A DNA stretch of 64,000 nucleotides, taken from assembly GCA_026417035.1 (NCBI GenBank), contig JAOAEA010000003.1, forward strand, positions 44,980-108,979, in the 5' to 3' direction. The stretch comes from Burkholderiales bacterium. Its GTDB lineage: Bacteria; Pseudomonadota; Gammaproteobacteria; Burkholderiales; SG8-39. A program made the position numbers and the translations under genes. Below are positions 53,959-62,803 of the stretch, one piece after another. How positions within the stretch are numbered: the stretch's first letter is position 1; each line of letters begins with the position of its first letter. The notes beneath the pieces were generated by a model. The model was not told the DNA's origin, made no database searches, and saw only the letters and a list, made by a program, of their open reading frames with translations.

Positions 53959-54933
53959 TCAGGCCGCCGCGCCCGAGAGCACCCGCGCGAAGACGTCCGA
54001 ATCCACGTTGCCGCCGGTCATCACGATGCCGACGTTCCGCCCCGCGAGCGACGCCTTCTCTTTCGTCGCCGCGGCGAAGCCGGCCGCGCCGGCGCCCTCG
54101 GCGACGTTGTGCGTGTCGGCGAAGAGGGCGCGCATCGCCTCGGCGACCTCCGCGTCGGTCACCCGCACCACGCGCCCGACGTTGGCGAGGATCAGCGCGA
54201 GCGCATCCTCGTCGGGCACGCGGCAGGCGAGCCCGTCGGCGAGGACGGTCGCGACCTCGTGGGCCACGGGCCGGCGGGACGCGAACGAGAGCGCGTACGC
54301 CGGCGCGTGGTCGGACACGACGCCGACGATCTCGGCGCGGTGGCCGAGCGCGGCGCGCGCGGCGATCATCGCCGATATCCCCGAGCCCTGGCCGATGGGC
54401 ACGTAGACGACATCGAGCGCCGGCGCGCCGCGCAGGAACTCCAGGCAGTAGCTCGCGACGCCGAGGACGAGGTCGCGGTGGAACGCCGGGACGAAGTGCA
54501 AGCCCCGCTCCATGGCGAGCCGCCCGGCGAACTCGCGCGCCTCCTGGAAGTCTTCGCCGTGCTCGACGAGCTCGACGCCGAGCGCGCGCATCGCGGCGTT
54601 CTTTTCGCGGCTGTTGCCCCGCGGCACGACGATGGTCGCGGCCAGCCCGTGGCGCCGCGCGGCGAGCCCGATCGACTGCCCGTGGTTGCCGCGCGTGGCG
54701 CTCACCACGCCCGCGCAGCCGGGATCGGACGCGGCGAGCCGGGCGAAGTAGACGAGCCCGCCGCGCACCTTGAACGCGCCGGTCGGCGTGTGGTTCTCGT
54801 GCTTCACCCAGACGTTCGCCCCGAGCCGCGCGGCGAGGAGCGGCCATGCGTACTGCGGCGTCGGTTGCATCGCGCCATAGACGATGCGGGCGGCTCGCTC
54901 GAGCTCGGCGAGCTCGGGAAGGCGGAAGTCCAT
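53959..54933 (-). CDS. PLP-dependent threonine/serine dehydratase family (threo-3-hydroxyaspartate ammonia-lyase-like)
   Basis: 324 aa with the PLP lysine motif HTPTGAFKVRGG, plus SATRGNHGQS and the glycine loop GQGSG. Confidence 0.88.
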   Translation of the reverse strand: MDFRLPELAELERAARIVYGAMQPTPQYAWPLLAARLGANVWVKHENHTPTGAFKVRGGLVYFARLAASDPGCAGVVSATRGNHGQSIGLAARRHGLAATIVVPRGNSREKNAAMRALGVELVEHGEDFQEAREFAGRLAMERGLHFVPAFHRDLVLGVASYCLEFLRGAPALDVVYVPIGQGSGISAMIAARAALGHRAEIVGVVSDHAPAYALSFASRRPVAHEVATVLADGLACRVPDEDALALILANVGRVVRVTDAEVAEAMRALFADTHNVAEGAGAAGFAAATKEKASLAGRNVGIVMTGGNVDSDVFARVLSGAAA

Positions 54934-55029
54934 GGCGGGTCGGGAGCGGCGCGAACGGTCGAGGGTAACGCGAAACCGGGGCTCGCGAGCGCTCCGCAGC
55001 GCCGCGACGCCGCGATCGCCGGCGCGCGG

Positions 55030-55509
55030 TCAGGCGGCGAGGCCGAGACGCCGGCGCAGCCACGCCGGCATCGGCAAACGCGAGAGCGAGGAGAGATCCA
55101 CCGCGTCGAGCATGTTCTTCACGGCGAGCCCGAGCTCGGTGTCGCCCTCGATCGCGAGGCGGCGGTGGAAGAAGAGCGTGTCCGGGTCTTCCTGCCGCGC
55201 GAGGAGCTCGAGGAACACCGACAGGTTCGCGCTCAGGTGCAGGTCGGGCGCGGGCGCAGGCCGCAGGAGCGGCCGGAAGCGCCCGTTCGCGAAGCGGAAG
55301 TCGGCCGCGCCGCCGGCGTCGAGCGCCGTGACGCGGAACGTCCGGCCCTCGAGCGCGGCGAGCGCCGCGGCCGGCAGCACGCCACCGACGCGGGCCGCCT
55401 CGAGCGCAGCGGCGAGCGCCACGGCGTGCGGCCACTGCGGCAGGCGCGCGCCGATGCGCGCCACGAGCGGCGGCAGGGTGAAGCGGGGGATCGTGACCGT
55501 CGGGCCCAT
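55030..55509 (-). CDS. ubiT: ubiquinone anaerobic biosynthesis accessory factor UbiT (SCP2 domain)
   Basis: 159 aa. The SCP2 sterol-binding-like sequence ends in LFFHRRLAIEGDTELGLAVKNMLD. It follows ubiU-ubiV. Confidence 0.8.
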   Translation of the reverse strand: MGPTVTIPRFTLPPLVARIGARLPQWPHAVALAAALEAARVGGVLPAAALAALEGRTFRVTALDAGGAADFRFANGRFRPLLRPAPAPDLHLSANLSVFLELLARQEDPDTLFFHRRLAIEGDTELGLAVKNMLDAVDLSSLSRLPMPAWLRRRLGLAA

Positions 55510-55524
55510 TGCGATCGCTCCTTC

Positions 55525-56415
55525 TCAGGCGACGGGCGCGGCTTCGCACGCGATCCCGGCCTTGCCATGCCAGAAGCCGTTCGCGAAGCCCTCGGGATTC
55601 CACGCCGGGTCCGGCCGCGGCGAGCCGCCGCGACGTGCGGCGTCGAACGCGGCGACGATCGCGGCGGTGAACGCGGGCTGCGGGCTCACGCGCACGGCGT
55701 CGACGCCGAGCGCGAGGAGCTCGGGAACCTCGGCCAGGAGGCTCAGGCTCTGCGCCGACATCGTCTGGATGCCGTTCAGGGCGAGGAAGCCCGCGCCCTC
55801 GCGCGTCTTCACGACCAGGCCCTCGGGGTGCCCGAGGCAGCGGAACTGGCAGTCGTCCTTCTTGAGGCCGTAGTGGCGCGCGGTGAAGCAGCGCGCCGAG
55901 AACGCGAGCGGCATCCTGCCGAACGCGAACACCTCGGTCTCGAGGCCCGCGGGGCGCGACGCGTGGATCGCCGCGACGAGCGCGCCGCTCGCCTCGAGCG
56001 GCGGCACCCAGCGCACCGCGCCCTGCGCCGCGAAGAAAGCGAGCGTGACTTCGTTGTACACGTTGAGGTGCGGGCCGCAGACGAACGGCACGCGCCGCTC
56101 GCACGCGATTCTCACCGCGCCGAGGTCGTTCGCCTCGACGGCGCAGCCCGCCTCTTCGACGAGTCGCCTCAGGATGCGCAGGTCGGCCTCCGACTCGAGC
56201 AGCGCCTGCGCCGAGAGCACCACTTCCTTGCCGGCATCGCGCAGGTCGCGCGCGAGCCCGAGCCAGTCGGCGGTGCGCAGCTCGCGGCGGCGCGAGCACA
56301 CGACTTCGCCGAGGTAGATGCGGTCGATCGCCGGGTTCGCGGCGGCCTCGGCGTAGAACTCGAGCACCTCGGCCTTCGGCCAGAAGAAGAGGAGCGGCCC
56401 GAGAGCGATCTTCAT
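55525..56415 (-). CDS. ubiV: U32-family protein UbiV (O2-independent ubiquinone hydroxylation)
   Basis: Start reassigned to the ATG at 56415 ([21 protein letters not shown]). It has the peptidase U32 fold with the conserved Cys cluster ([20 protein letters not shown]). It begins 2 nt after ubiU. Confidence 0.8.
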   Translation of the reverse strand: MKIALGPLLFFWPKAEVLEFYAEAAANPAIDRIYLGEVVCSRRRELRTADWLGLARDLRDAGKEVVLSAQALLESEADLRILRRLVEEAGCAVEANDLGAVRIACERRVPFVCGPHLNVYNEVTLAFFAAQGAVRWVPPLEASGALVAAIHASRPAGLETEVFAFGRMPLAFSARCFTARHYGLKKDDCQFRCLGHPEGLVVKTREGAGFLALNGIQTMSAQSLSLLAEVPELLALGVDAVRVSPQPAFTAAIVAAFDAARRGGSPRPDPAWNPEGFANGFWHGKAGIACEAAPVA

Positions 56416-56417
56416 GG

Positions 56418-57464
56418 CTACCGCCACGGCCGGTCGTAGGCGCCCAGCGTGACCTGCGCGCCTTCGGACACCTTCGCGAGCGCCGCCGCCCACGCCGGCC
56501 GCACCGTGAACCGGGAGCCCTGCGCGAAGGCCGCGTCGATCGCCTCGCGCAGCGTGCGGGTGACCTGCGCGACATACGCCGGGCTGCGCTGGCGCCCCTC
56601 CACCTTGATCGCCGCGACGCCGGCGGCGAGGATCGCGGGCAGCAGCGCGAGCACGTTGAGGCTCGCGGGCTCCTCGAGCGCGTAGTAGGTCTCGCCCTGC
56701 ACGGCGTAGCGCCCCTTGCAGATCGTCGGGTAACCCGCGTTCTCCTCCGCGCCGAAACGGTCGATGAGGATGCCGGCGAGCCGCACGTCCATCGACTCGG
56801 GCCGCCCGGCCGCGGCGGGCACCTTCTGCCACTGCACGAACTTCGCGGGCGAGCAGGCGCCGACCGTGTTGGGCGACTCGCCGGTGGCGAAGGACGAAAG
56901 CCAGCAGCGGCCCTCGTTCATCACGCACAGGCTGCCGAAGCCGAACACCTCGATCTCGACCTCGGTGTTGGCGACGACGTGGGCGACCTCGCCGAGCGTC
57001 AGCACCCGGGGCAGGACGGCGCGACGGATGCCGAAGCGCTCGCGCGCGAAGTTGATCGCCTCGTAGCTCGTCGCCGAGCCCTGCACCGAGAGATGCAGGC
57101 GCGCATCGGGATGGGCGCGCCGCGCGTAGTCGAGCACCCCGACGTCGGCGATGATGAGGGCGTCGGCGCCGAGGGCGAGCGCCGCGTCGACCGCGCGCTG
57201 CCACTGCCCGAAGCGCCCGGCCTGCGCGTAGGTGTTGATCGCGACGAGGACCTCGCGGCCGCGCGACTGCGCGTAGCGGACACCCTCGGCGACGGCCGCG
57301 GCGTCGAAGTTGAGGCCGGCGAAGTTGCGCGCGTTGGTGGCATCGCGAAACCCGAGGTAAACCGCGTCCGCGCCGTGGTCCACCGCCGCTTTCAGCGCCG
57401 GCAGGCTGCCGGCCGGGCAGACCAGCGCGGGCTTGCGGCGCGGCGATCCGAGGGTCGCGGGCAT
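56418..57464 (-). CDS. ubiU: U32-family protein UbiU
   Basis: 348 aa with [26 protein letters not shown] and the Cys cluster ([17 protein letters not shown]...GACSP). It is paired with ubiV and ubiT. Confidence 0.82.
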   Translation of the reverse strand: MPATLGSPRRKPALVCPAGSLPALKAAVDHGADAVYLGFRDATNARNFAGLNFDAAAVAEGVRYAQSRGREVLVAINTYAQAGRFGQWQRAVDAALALGADALIIADVGVLDYARRAHPDARLHLSVQGSATSYEAINFARERFGIRRAVLPRVLTLGEVAHVVANTEVEIEVFGFGSLCVMNEGRCWLSSFATGESPNTVGACSPAKFVQWQKVPAAAGRPESMDVRLAGILIDRFGAEENAGYPTICKGRYAVQGETYYALEEPASLNVLALLPAILAAGVAAIKVEGRQRSPAYVAQVTRTLREAIDAAFAQGSRFTVRPAWAAALAKVSEGAQVTLGAYDRPWR

Positions 57465-57490
57465 GACAGTCCTTTGCGTGGGAAGGGGCT

Positions 57491-57532
57491 TTTATAGCCC
57501 GTCCTCCGCGGCGCGTATTTCACCCACATCAA
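57491..57532 (-). promoter_or_regulatory. candidate class II FNR/ANR-dependent promoter of ubiUVT
   Basis: The minus strand reads TTGATgtggGTGAA (57532-57519; one perfect half-site, the other 3/5), then 22 nt, then TATAAA (57496-57491). This spacing puts the box centre at about -41.5. An SD (aaagga) precedes the ATG at 57464. Confidence 0.45.
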
Positions 57533-57822
57533 TCCGGGCCCACTTGTCGCCGGCTCTCCCGGGGCCGGCCTGCGCTGACGGTTGGGTATCGGTCCAGCGC
57601 GAGGGCCGGATGGCCCGCGGCGATCCCGGGTGGGGCGGGATCCGCTGCGCGCTCCGGCGATGGCGGGATCGCGACGGTCCTCGCGAGCTTCGCGATGACG
57701 GGCGCGGTGGGCACCCGCTCCTGGATGACGCGCCCGGTCGCGCTGCCGCTGCCCGCGCGGGGCTGCCGGATGCGGCATTCGTCGCTTTGCCGTGCGGGGG
57801 CAGTCGCGTAGCATCCCCGGCC

Positions 57823-59700
57823 ATGCCCTGGCTCGAGGGAAAGCCCGTCCGCGCCGCCGCGCTCGGGGTCGCCGCGGCTGCCGCGCTCGTCATCGGCGGC
57901 ACGTCGCTGTTCCTGCCGCTCGACAACCGTCTCTCCGACGCCTTCGTCCGCGCGCACGCCGCCGGGCGTCAGGGCGATCCGGGCATCGTGATCGTCGACA
58001 TCGACGAGGCGAGCTTCGCCCGCATGCAGGACGTGGCCGGCAAGTGGCCTTGGCCGCGGTCGGTGCACGCCGAGCTCGTCGCCGGGATCGCCGAGCAGGG
58101 CCCGAAGGCGATCGTGTTCGACATCTTCTTCTCCGACCCGGACGTGTTCCGGCCCGACGCGGACCGGCTCTTCAACGAGACGCTGAAGGCGGTGCCGGGC
58201 GTTTACCTGCCGATGGCGCGGCTGCCCGCGCGCGACGACGCCAAGGGCGTGCCGATCGCGGAGGCCGCGGCGGTCCTCGGCGTGGAGGCCGGCCCCGGCG
58301 CGCGACCGGACGCGCGCGTCGCGCTCCTCGCGCCGACGGTGGTGGATCCGGCGCTCTGGCGCACCGGGGTCATCAACTTCAACGAGGACGCCGACGGCGT
58401 CGGGCGCCGCTACTACCTGTGGCTCGACGCCCATGGCTGGCGCATCCCGTCGCTCCCCGTGCGCCTCGCCCGCGACCTCGGCTACGCGGTGCCCGAGGCG
58501 CAGGAGCTCGTGCTCGACTGGCGGGGGCCGCCCGGCGCGTTCCGGCACGTGTCCTACGCCGACCTCTACGAGGACTTCGGCCGGAAGAAACGGGAGCGCC
58601 CCGCCGACGAGTTCCGCGACAAGATCGTGATCGTCGGCACCGCCGCCACGGGCCTGCAGGACCTGCGCGTGACGCCGATCGCGAGCCTGCACCCGGGGGT
58701 CGAGATCCTCGCCACCGCGATCGACAACCTGAAGAACGGCCGCGCGATGCGCGTCGCGCCGCCCGCGGTGGCCGTCGTGCTCGCGCTCGCCCTGATCGCG
58801 GCGATGCTCTTCGCCTTCGAGCGGCGCGTGAGCGCGACCCGCGTCGGGCTCGGGCTCGCCGCCGCGACGCTCGCAGTCCTCGCGGCCGCCTACGCGGCGG
58901 TCGGCGCCGGGACGATCGTCCCCGTGGTCTCGCCGCTCGCGTTCGCGTGGACGTTCTTCGTGCTCGCCGCGCTCGCCGAGTACCTGCGCGAGAAGAAAAG
59001 CCGCGAGCAGGCAGTCGGGATGTTCAGCCGCTTCCTCAACCCGCGGGTGGTGCGCGATCTCGTCGAGCAGGGGCGCACGCCCGAGTCGATGTCCGGCCAG
59101 GCGAGCGAGATCACGGTGCTCTTCTCCGACATCCGCGGCTTCACCACGCTCTCGGAGACGCACTCGCCCGAGGAGATCGTGCGGCTGCTCAACCGCTACT
59201 TCAGCCGGCAGGTCGAAGTCGTGTTCCGGCACGGCGGCACGCTCGACAAGTTCATCGGCGACGCGATCATGGCCTTCTGGGGCGCGCCGGTGCCCGACGC
59301 GCGCCACGCCGAGCACGCCGTCGCGGCCGCGCTCGAGATGCAGGCGGTGCTGGAAGACTTCAAGCGCGAGCTCGGCGCGGAAGCCGGCGACATCGCCGCG
59401 GTCTTCGACGTCGGCATCGGCATCAACACCGGCCGCGCGGTGGTCGGCTTCATCGGCGCGCGGCAGAAGCTCGACTACACCGCGATCGGCGACACCGTGA
59501 ACACCGCGAGCCGCATCGAGGGGCTCACCAAGGGCGTGGCGCGCATCCTCGTCTCGGCCGAGACCGCGCGCGCGGCAGCGGACGCCTTTGACTTCGTTCC
59601 GCGCGGCGCCTATAAAGTCAAGGGCCGCGCGCAGGAGGTCGAGCTCTTCGAGCCGAGGCCGAAGGGAGCACCGCCTTCATCCGCAGGAGAGCCCGCATGA
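57823..59700 (+). CDS. CHASE2 sensor domain-containing class III adenylate/guanylate cyclase
   Basis: Start reassigned to the ATG at 57823. It has an N-terminal TM helix and a CHASE2 domain (IVIVDIDEASF...WPWPRSVHAELV). These are followed by three TM helices and a cyclase domain (ITVLFSDIRGFTTLSE...KFIGDAIMAFWGAP...GDTVNTASRIE). Confidence 0.9.
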   Translation: MPWLEGKPVRAAALGVAAAAALVIGGTSLFLPLDNRLSDAFVRAHAAGRQGDPGIVIVDIDEASFARMQDVAGKWPWPRSVHAELVAGIAEQGPKAIVFDIFFSDPDVFRPDADRLFNETLKAVPGVYLPMARLPARDDAKGVPIAEAAAVLGVEAGPGARPDARVALLAPTVVDPALWRTGVINFNEDADGVGRRYYLWLDAHGWRIPSLPVRLARDLGYAVPEAQELVLDWRGPPGAFRHVSYADLYEDFGRKKRERPADEFRDKIVIVGTAATGLQDLRVTPIASLHPGVEILATAIDNLKNGRAMRVAPPAVAVVLALALIAAMLFAFERRVSATRVGLGLAAATLAVLAAAYAAVGAGTIVPVVSPLAFAWTFFVLAALAEYLREKKSREQAVGMFSRFLNPRVVRDLVEQGRTPESMSGQASEITVLFSDIRGFTTLSETHSPEEIVRLLNRYFSRQVEVVFRHGGTLDKFIGDAIMAFWGAPVPDARHAEHAVAAALEMQAVLEDFKRELGAEAGDIAAVFDVGIGINTGRAVVGFIGARQKLDYTAIGDTVNTASRIEGLTKGVARILVSAETARAAADAFDFVPRGAYKVKGRAQEVELFEPRPKGAPPSSAGEPA

Positions 59701-60254
59701 GACTCGCCGCAGCAGTCGCCGTCCTCGCCCTCGCCGCCCTGCCCGCCGCCGCGCAGGAGTTCGGCTTCATGGTGCGGCAGACGGAAGTGAAGGCCGAGCC
59801 CTTCGCCGACGCGGCGGCGGCCGGCACGCTGCCGGAGCGCGCGAAGGTGCAGATCGTGAAGCGCCAAGGCGCTTGGATGCAGGTGAAGGGCGACGGCGCG
59901 GCCGGCTGGGTGCGCATGCTCGCGGTGCGCACCGAGTCGGGGAGCGCCGGCGGCGCCGGGAGCTCGGGCCTCGCCTCCATCTTCAGCTTCGGGCGCGGCG
60001 GATCCTCGGGCACCGCCGTGGCGACCGGCGTGCGCGGGCTCGACAAGGAGCAGATCCGCAACGCCACGCCCAACCCCAACGAGCTCGCGAGGATGAAGGG
60101 CTACGCGGCGAGCCGTGCGGACGCCGAGCGCTTCGGGGCGAGCGCGCCCAGGCTCGCCAGCCAGCGCGTCGACTACGTCGCCTCGGCGAGTGCCCCGGCG
60201 GCGGGAGGCGGCGGCGCGGGCGGTGGCCAGGCCTCGCCGCTGGGAGGCAACTGA
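59697..60254 (+). CDS. secreted SH3 domain protein with Gly/Ser-rich C-terminal region
   Basis: 185 aa. It overlaps the cyclase stop in an ATGA arrangement. It has a signal peptide (AVLALAALPAAAQ) and an SH3_3-like segment (AKVQIVKRQGAWMQVKGDGAAGWVRM). Confidence 0.8.
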   Translation: MRLAAAVAVLALAALPAAAQEFGFMVRQTEVKAEPFADAAAAGTLPERAKVQIVKRQGAWMQVKGDGAAGWVRMLAVRTESGSAGGAGSSGLASIFSFGRGGSSGTAVATGVRGLDKEQIRNATPNPNELARMKGYAASRADAERFGASAPRLASQRVDYVASASAPAAGGGGAGGGQASPLGGN

Positions 60255-61117
60255 TGACGCCGCGGCAGATCCTCGGCCTCATGGCGGCCGCGGCGCTCGC
60301 CGCCGTGGCGGCGGGCGCGAACGCGCAGTTCCGCATTCCCGGCATCGACGTCAACCGCGCGCTCGACACGGTGAAGAACGTCGTCACCGTCGTGAACGAG
60401 CCGGACGAGAAGCAGGAGCGCGAGATCGGCGCCGAGTGGGCCGCGATCCTCGTCGGCGCCGCGCCGCTCTGGGCGAACCCCGGCGCACAGCGCTACGTGA
60501 ACGTGGTCGGCCGCTGGGTCGCGCTGCACAGCGAGCGGCCCGACCTCGACTGGCAGTTCGGCATCCTCGACAGCGACAACGTGAACGCGTTCGCGACGCC
60601 CGGCGGCTACATCTTCGTGACGAAGGGCCTCGTCGTGCGCATGCGCAGCGAGGCCGAGCTCGCCGGCGTCCTCGGCCACGAGATCGCGCACGTGGTGAGG
60701 AAGCACCACCTGAAGGCGATGCAGACCGGCGCGCTCGCGAACATCGGCGGCAACGTGCTCACCGAGGTCGTCGGCCGGCGCAGCGGCGTGCCCGCGGAGC
60801 TGCGCAGCCAGCTCGTCAACGCCGGCAAGCAGATGTTCATGCGCGGCCTCGACAAGGACGACGAATACGAGGCCGACCGCATGGGCGTGGTGCTCGCCGC
60901 GCGCGCCGGCTACGACCCCTACGGCCTGCCGGCGGTGCTGCAGACGATCGCTGCGATGGGCGCCCAGAGCTCCGAGCTCGCGCTGCTCTTCGAGACCCAC
61001 CCCCCGCCCGGCGCGCGCCTCGACGCGCTCGAGCGCGTGATGTCGCCGCCGCTCGATCGCTACGCCACGCAGCCGCAGGTCGCCGAGCGCTTCGTCCGCT
61101 CCATCTCCGGCCAGTGA
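60254..61117 (+). CDS. M48 family zinc metallopeptidase, periplasmic
   Basis: Start reassigned to the ATG at 60254, which overlaps the upstream stop (TGATG). It has a signal peptide, HEIAHVVRKH (HExxH) and a downstream EYEADRMG. Confidence 0.88.
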   Translation: MTPRQILGLMAAAALAAVAAGANAQFRIPGIDVNRALDTVKNVVTVVNEPDEKQEREIGAEWAAILVGAAPLWANPGAQRYVNVVGRWVALHSERPDLDWQFGILDSDNVNAFATPGGYIFVTKGLVVRMRSEAELAGVLGHEIAHVVRKHHLKAMQTGALANIGGNVLTEVVGRRSGVPAELRSQLVNAGKQMFMRGLDKDDEYEADRMGVVLAARAGYDPYGLPAVLQTIAAMGAQSSELALLFETHPPPGARLDALERVMSPPLDRYATQPQVAERFVRSISGQ

Positions 61118-61170
61118 CCGGCCGGCGCCGCGGGCCGGTCGTCGCGACCACGCGACACGAAGCCGTCGGC

Positions 61171-61201
61171 GCGCGGGCCGCGGCGGTGCCGCGGCCCGCG
61201 C
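61171..61201. terminator. 13-bp GC hairpin between the convergent M48 and aminotransferase genes
   Basis: gcgcgggccgcgg-cggtg-ccgcggcccgcgc. Only a short T-run (ttt) follows on the plus strand. Confidence 0.5.
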
Positions 61202-61207
61202 GCGCTT

Positions 61208-62728
61208 TCAGGCGGCGACCTTCACCTTCTCCTTCTTCTTCTGCTGCGCGGCCTTCTGGTGCATCTGTGCGTAGGCGCTGTGCGCCGCGGCCTCGGCGTC
61301 GCCGACGTGCAGCGGATAGCCCATGTCCGAGAGGACCGAGCCGAGCGCCGAGAGGCAGAGCATCACGTTGTCCGGCCGGCACGAATAGCCCATGATGCCG
61401 AAGCGCCAGATCTTCCCGGCGAGCGGGCCGAGGCCCGCGCCGATCTCGAGGCTGAACTCCGAGAGGAGCCGCTTGCGCACCTCCGCCTCGTTCACGCCCT
61501 CGGGCACCAGCACCGCATTCATCTGCGGGATCTGCCAGGGCTCCTTCACCAGGAACTTGAGCCCCATGGCCTCGAGCCCGGCCTTGAGCGCGATGTGGTG
61601 GCGCGTGTGGCGCGCCCAGCTGTTCTCGAGGCCCTCTTCCTTGATGAGGAGCAGCGCCTCGTGCAGGCCGAGCAGCGAGTTGGTCGGCGCCGTGTGGTGG
61701 TAGGTGCGCGTGGTGGCGCCCCAGTAGCCGAGGAGCAGGTTCATGTCCATGAACCAGCTGTGGATCTTGTCCTTGCGGCCCTTGACGAACTCGACGACGC
61801 GGTCGCTGAACGACACCGGCGAGAGGCCGGGCGTGCAGGACAGGCACTTCTGGCTCGCCGAGTAGATGGCGTCGACCTTCCACTCGTCCACGAGCACCGG
61901 GCAGCCGCCGAGCGAAGTGACCGCGTCGACGATGGTCATCGCGTCGTACTTGTGCGCCACTTCGACCAGCGTCTTCGCGTCCGAGAGGGCGCCGGTGGAG
62001 GTCTCGGCGTGGACGAAGGCGAGGATGCGCGCGTCGCGGTTCGCCTTCAGGGCGTCCTCGACCTTCTGCGGGTCGACCGGCTCGCCCCACTCGTGCTCGA
62101 CCACGACCGGGATGCCGCCGCAGCGCTCGACGTTCTCGATCATGCGGCCGCCGAAGACGCCGTTGCGCGCCACGACCACCTTGTCGCCGGGCCGCACCAT
62201 GTTCACGAAGCAGTACTCCATGCCCACCGAGCCGGGGCCGGAGACCGGGAAGGTGAGCGCGTTCTTCGTCTGGAAGACGTAGCGCAGCAGCGCCTTCAGC
62301 TCCTCCATCATCTCGACGAACACCGGGTCGAGGTAGCCGATCGCGGGCTGGCTCATCGTGGTGAGCACGCGCGGGTGGATCTCCGTCGGACCCGGGCCCA
62401 TCAGCGTGCGCTGCGGCGGATGGAAGGACTGGATGCGCTTCGCGGGGGCGTACGGGTTCATGGCGTCATTCCCTTCGAGTGGGGATCCGAACAGCACTGC
62501 GTCGTCGCCGCGCGACTTCACCCGGATGGGCCTGGCGGCGTAGGCTTCGTTGAGGACTTCGGTCGCGAGGATCTGGCCGCCGCTGACGCCCTCGACCTCG
62601 ACGGCCCAGCGCGACGGGATGTAGCCCGACTTCACCCAGTTGTTCACGACGGCGCGGTCGATCTTCATGCGGCGCGCCGCCTCGGCCTGCGAGCCGAAGA
62701 GGGCGACGAGTCTTTCCGCGCAGTTCAA
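61208..62728 (-). CDS. class-V aminotransferase (alanine/serine-glyoxylate aminotransferase-like) with an in-frame N-terminal Cro/YdaS-like HTH segment
   Basis: 506-aa ORF with a TTG start at 62728, preceded by an SD (ggagga, 7-nt spacing). Residues 1-60 (LVALFGSQAEAARRMKIDRAVVNNWVKSGYIPSRWAVEVEGVSGGQI) look like a Cro/YdaS HTH. The aminotransferase part starts at the internal ATG at 62461 (MNPYAPAK...), which has its own SD (gaaggga). It carries GPGPTEI and the PLP lysine motif SASQKCL. Confidence 0.85.
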   Translation of the reverse strand: MNCAERLVALFGSQAEAARRMKIDRAVVNNWVKSGYIPSRWAVEVEGVSGGQILATEVLNEAYAARPIRVKSRGDDAVLFGSPLEGNDAMNPYAPAKRIQSFHPPQRTLMGPGPTEIHPRVLTTMSQPAIGYLDPVFVEMMEELKALLRYVFQTKNALTFPVSGPGSVGMEYCFVNMVRPGDKVVVARNGVFGGRMIENVERCGGIPVVVEHEWGEPVDPQKVEDALKANRDARILAFVHAETSTGALSDAKTLVEVAHKYDAMTIVDAVTSLGGCPVLVDEWKVDAIYSASQKCLSCTPGLSPVSFSDRVVEFVKGRKDKIHSWFMDMNLLLGYWGATTRTYHHTAPTNSLLGLHEALLLIKEEGLENSWARHTRHHIALKAGLEAMGLKFLVKEPWQIPQMNAVLVPEGVNEAEVRKRLLSEFSLEIGAGLGPLAGKIWRFGIMGYSCRPDNVMLCLSALGSVLSDMGYPLHVGDAEAAAHSAYAQMHQKAAQQKKKEKVKVAA

Positions 62729-62753
62729 GGGCCGATCCTCCAGCGAGGCCGGC

Positions 62754-62783
62754 AGGATAGCATCGTCAAGCTTAGCTTGACAA
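62754..62783 (-). promoter_or_regulatory. promoter with a palindromic operator upstream of the HTH-aminotransferase ORF
   Basis: The minus strand reads TTGTCA (62783-62778), N18, TATCCT (62759-62754). A perfect inverted repeat, GTCAAGCT-T-AGCTTGAC (62765-62781), spans the -35 and spacer. Confidence 0.55.
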
Positions 62784-62803
62784 TGTCTGTTTGATGATTC
62801 GGA

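Noticed and set aside
62765-62781. The palindrome GTCAAGCTTAGCTTGAC as the ttcA transcription terminator.
   Set aside because: No U-tract follows it on the minus strand, and the stem is AT-containing and short. Its overlap with a -35/-10 pair directly upstream of an HTH-encoding ORF fits an operator better. A dual role cannot be excluded.
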